A stretch of DNA of 63,773 nucleotides, filler included, from Lenisia limosa (lineage: Eukaryota > Protista > Breviatea): NCBI GenBank assembly GCA_001655205.1. It is 4 parts of 4 records of this genome, joined end to end, with 100 filler letters (N's around TTAATTAATTAA, not from the genome) between each part and the next. Parts side by side here need not be neighbours in the genome. Positions count along the whole stretch, not along the records: positions 43,800 to 63,773 come from LPNZ01007945.1; 3 more parts are not named here. One strand, written 5' to 3'. The notes under the pieces were generated by a model, which saw nothing but the letters and a program-made list of their open reading frames with translations, had not been told where the DNA came from and ran no database searches. Every line of letters starts with the position of its first letter. The first letter of the stretch is position 1. A program made the translations under genes and the position numbers. Of the stretch, positions 63,601-63,773 are shown one piece after another.

Positions 63601-63773
63601 TCCGACATTTTTTTCTGTTGTAGCCACCTCCCCGTTACCTTGAAGTTGCATTTAATTTTAATATCACCAAATACTCCCCTCCCCCCTCACGAAGCAGATC
63701 TTCTCGGCAACATAGCGCTCACTGGCGCTGATGGCATTGCACTTTTCCAGTCCCTCACCATTGACGCTGTTCA
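54690..63773 (+). CDS. Large multi-exon gene (possibly more than one) with an RCC1-like repeat and Ig/Big-1-like segments; runs off the window
   Basis: More than 20 short AG/GT-bounded open segments. They include QYGELFGLGRNLDGSLGVDSTEYTVSVPAAV (~56095-56188, RCC1-like), GSFTLTIAPMDGYSVF.., SVTIDYPVATSLNWEVEQYVIAGVPLNPVSVK and DLLGNIALTGADGIALFQSLTIDAV (G.A.F..L.I motif). Confidence 0.55.
58952..59051. mobile_element. ~100-bp hAT-like MITE, copy 3 (intronic)
   Basis: TAGGGCTTCAC..GAGGATTTATCGAGAAGTTCAGTCTTTTTTCGAACC..GTGAAGTACTA. Confidence 0.75.
61924..62024. mobile_element. ~100-bp hAT-like MITE, copy 4 (reverse orientation)
   Basis: GGTTCCAAAAAAAGACTGAATTTTTCGATAAATCCTCG..GAGGCCCTA is the reverse complement of the family core. 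Confidence 0.7.

Overview
AT-rich eukaryotic genomic DNA (roughly 35-40% GC by eye) from a flagellated organism: it carries SPAG6/PF16, uses the standard code and has short GT-AG introns. Three 100-nt N gaps centred on the six-frame stop linker TTAATTAATTAA split the window into four artificially joined pieces (1-25126, 25227-34071, 34171-43699, 43800-63773). Piece 1 is a transposon graveyard. It holds a DUF6589-like remnant, a piggyBac-like C-terminus, a Tc1 remnant, hAT MITEs and a ~720-bp inverted duplication. It also holds a cluster of an SLX1-like GIY-YIG ORF plus three tyrosine-recombinase remnants around a head-to-head 21-nt array, and a PP2A B'' fragment with 22-34 nt introns, two of which end in TG rather than AG. 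Piece 2 is a minus-strand ankyrin gene in which each phase-0 exon encodes one repeat and exon-intron units have been duplicated. Piece 3 holds a ZnT6-like CDF gene and a PAP2/DOLPP1-like gene with a perfect 100-bp intronic hairpin; a weak TnpB/Fanzor-like trace lies between them. Piece 4 holds SPAG6, a coiled-coil gene and a large plus-strand multi-exon gene with RCC1-like and Ig-like segments. All family assignments come from manual translation and motif recall; no searches were run.
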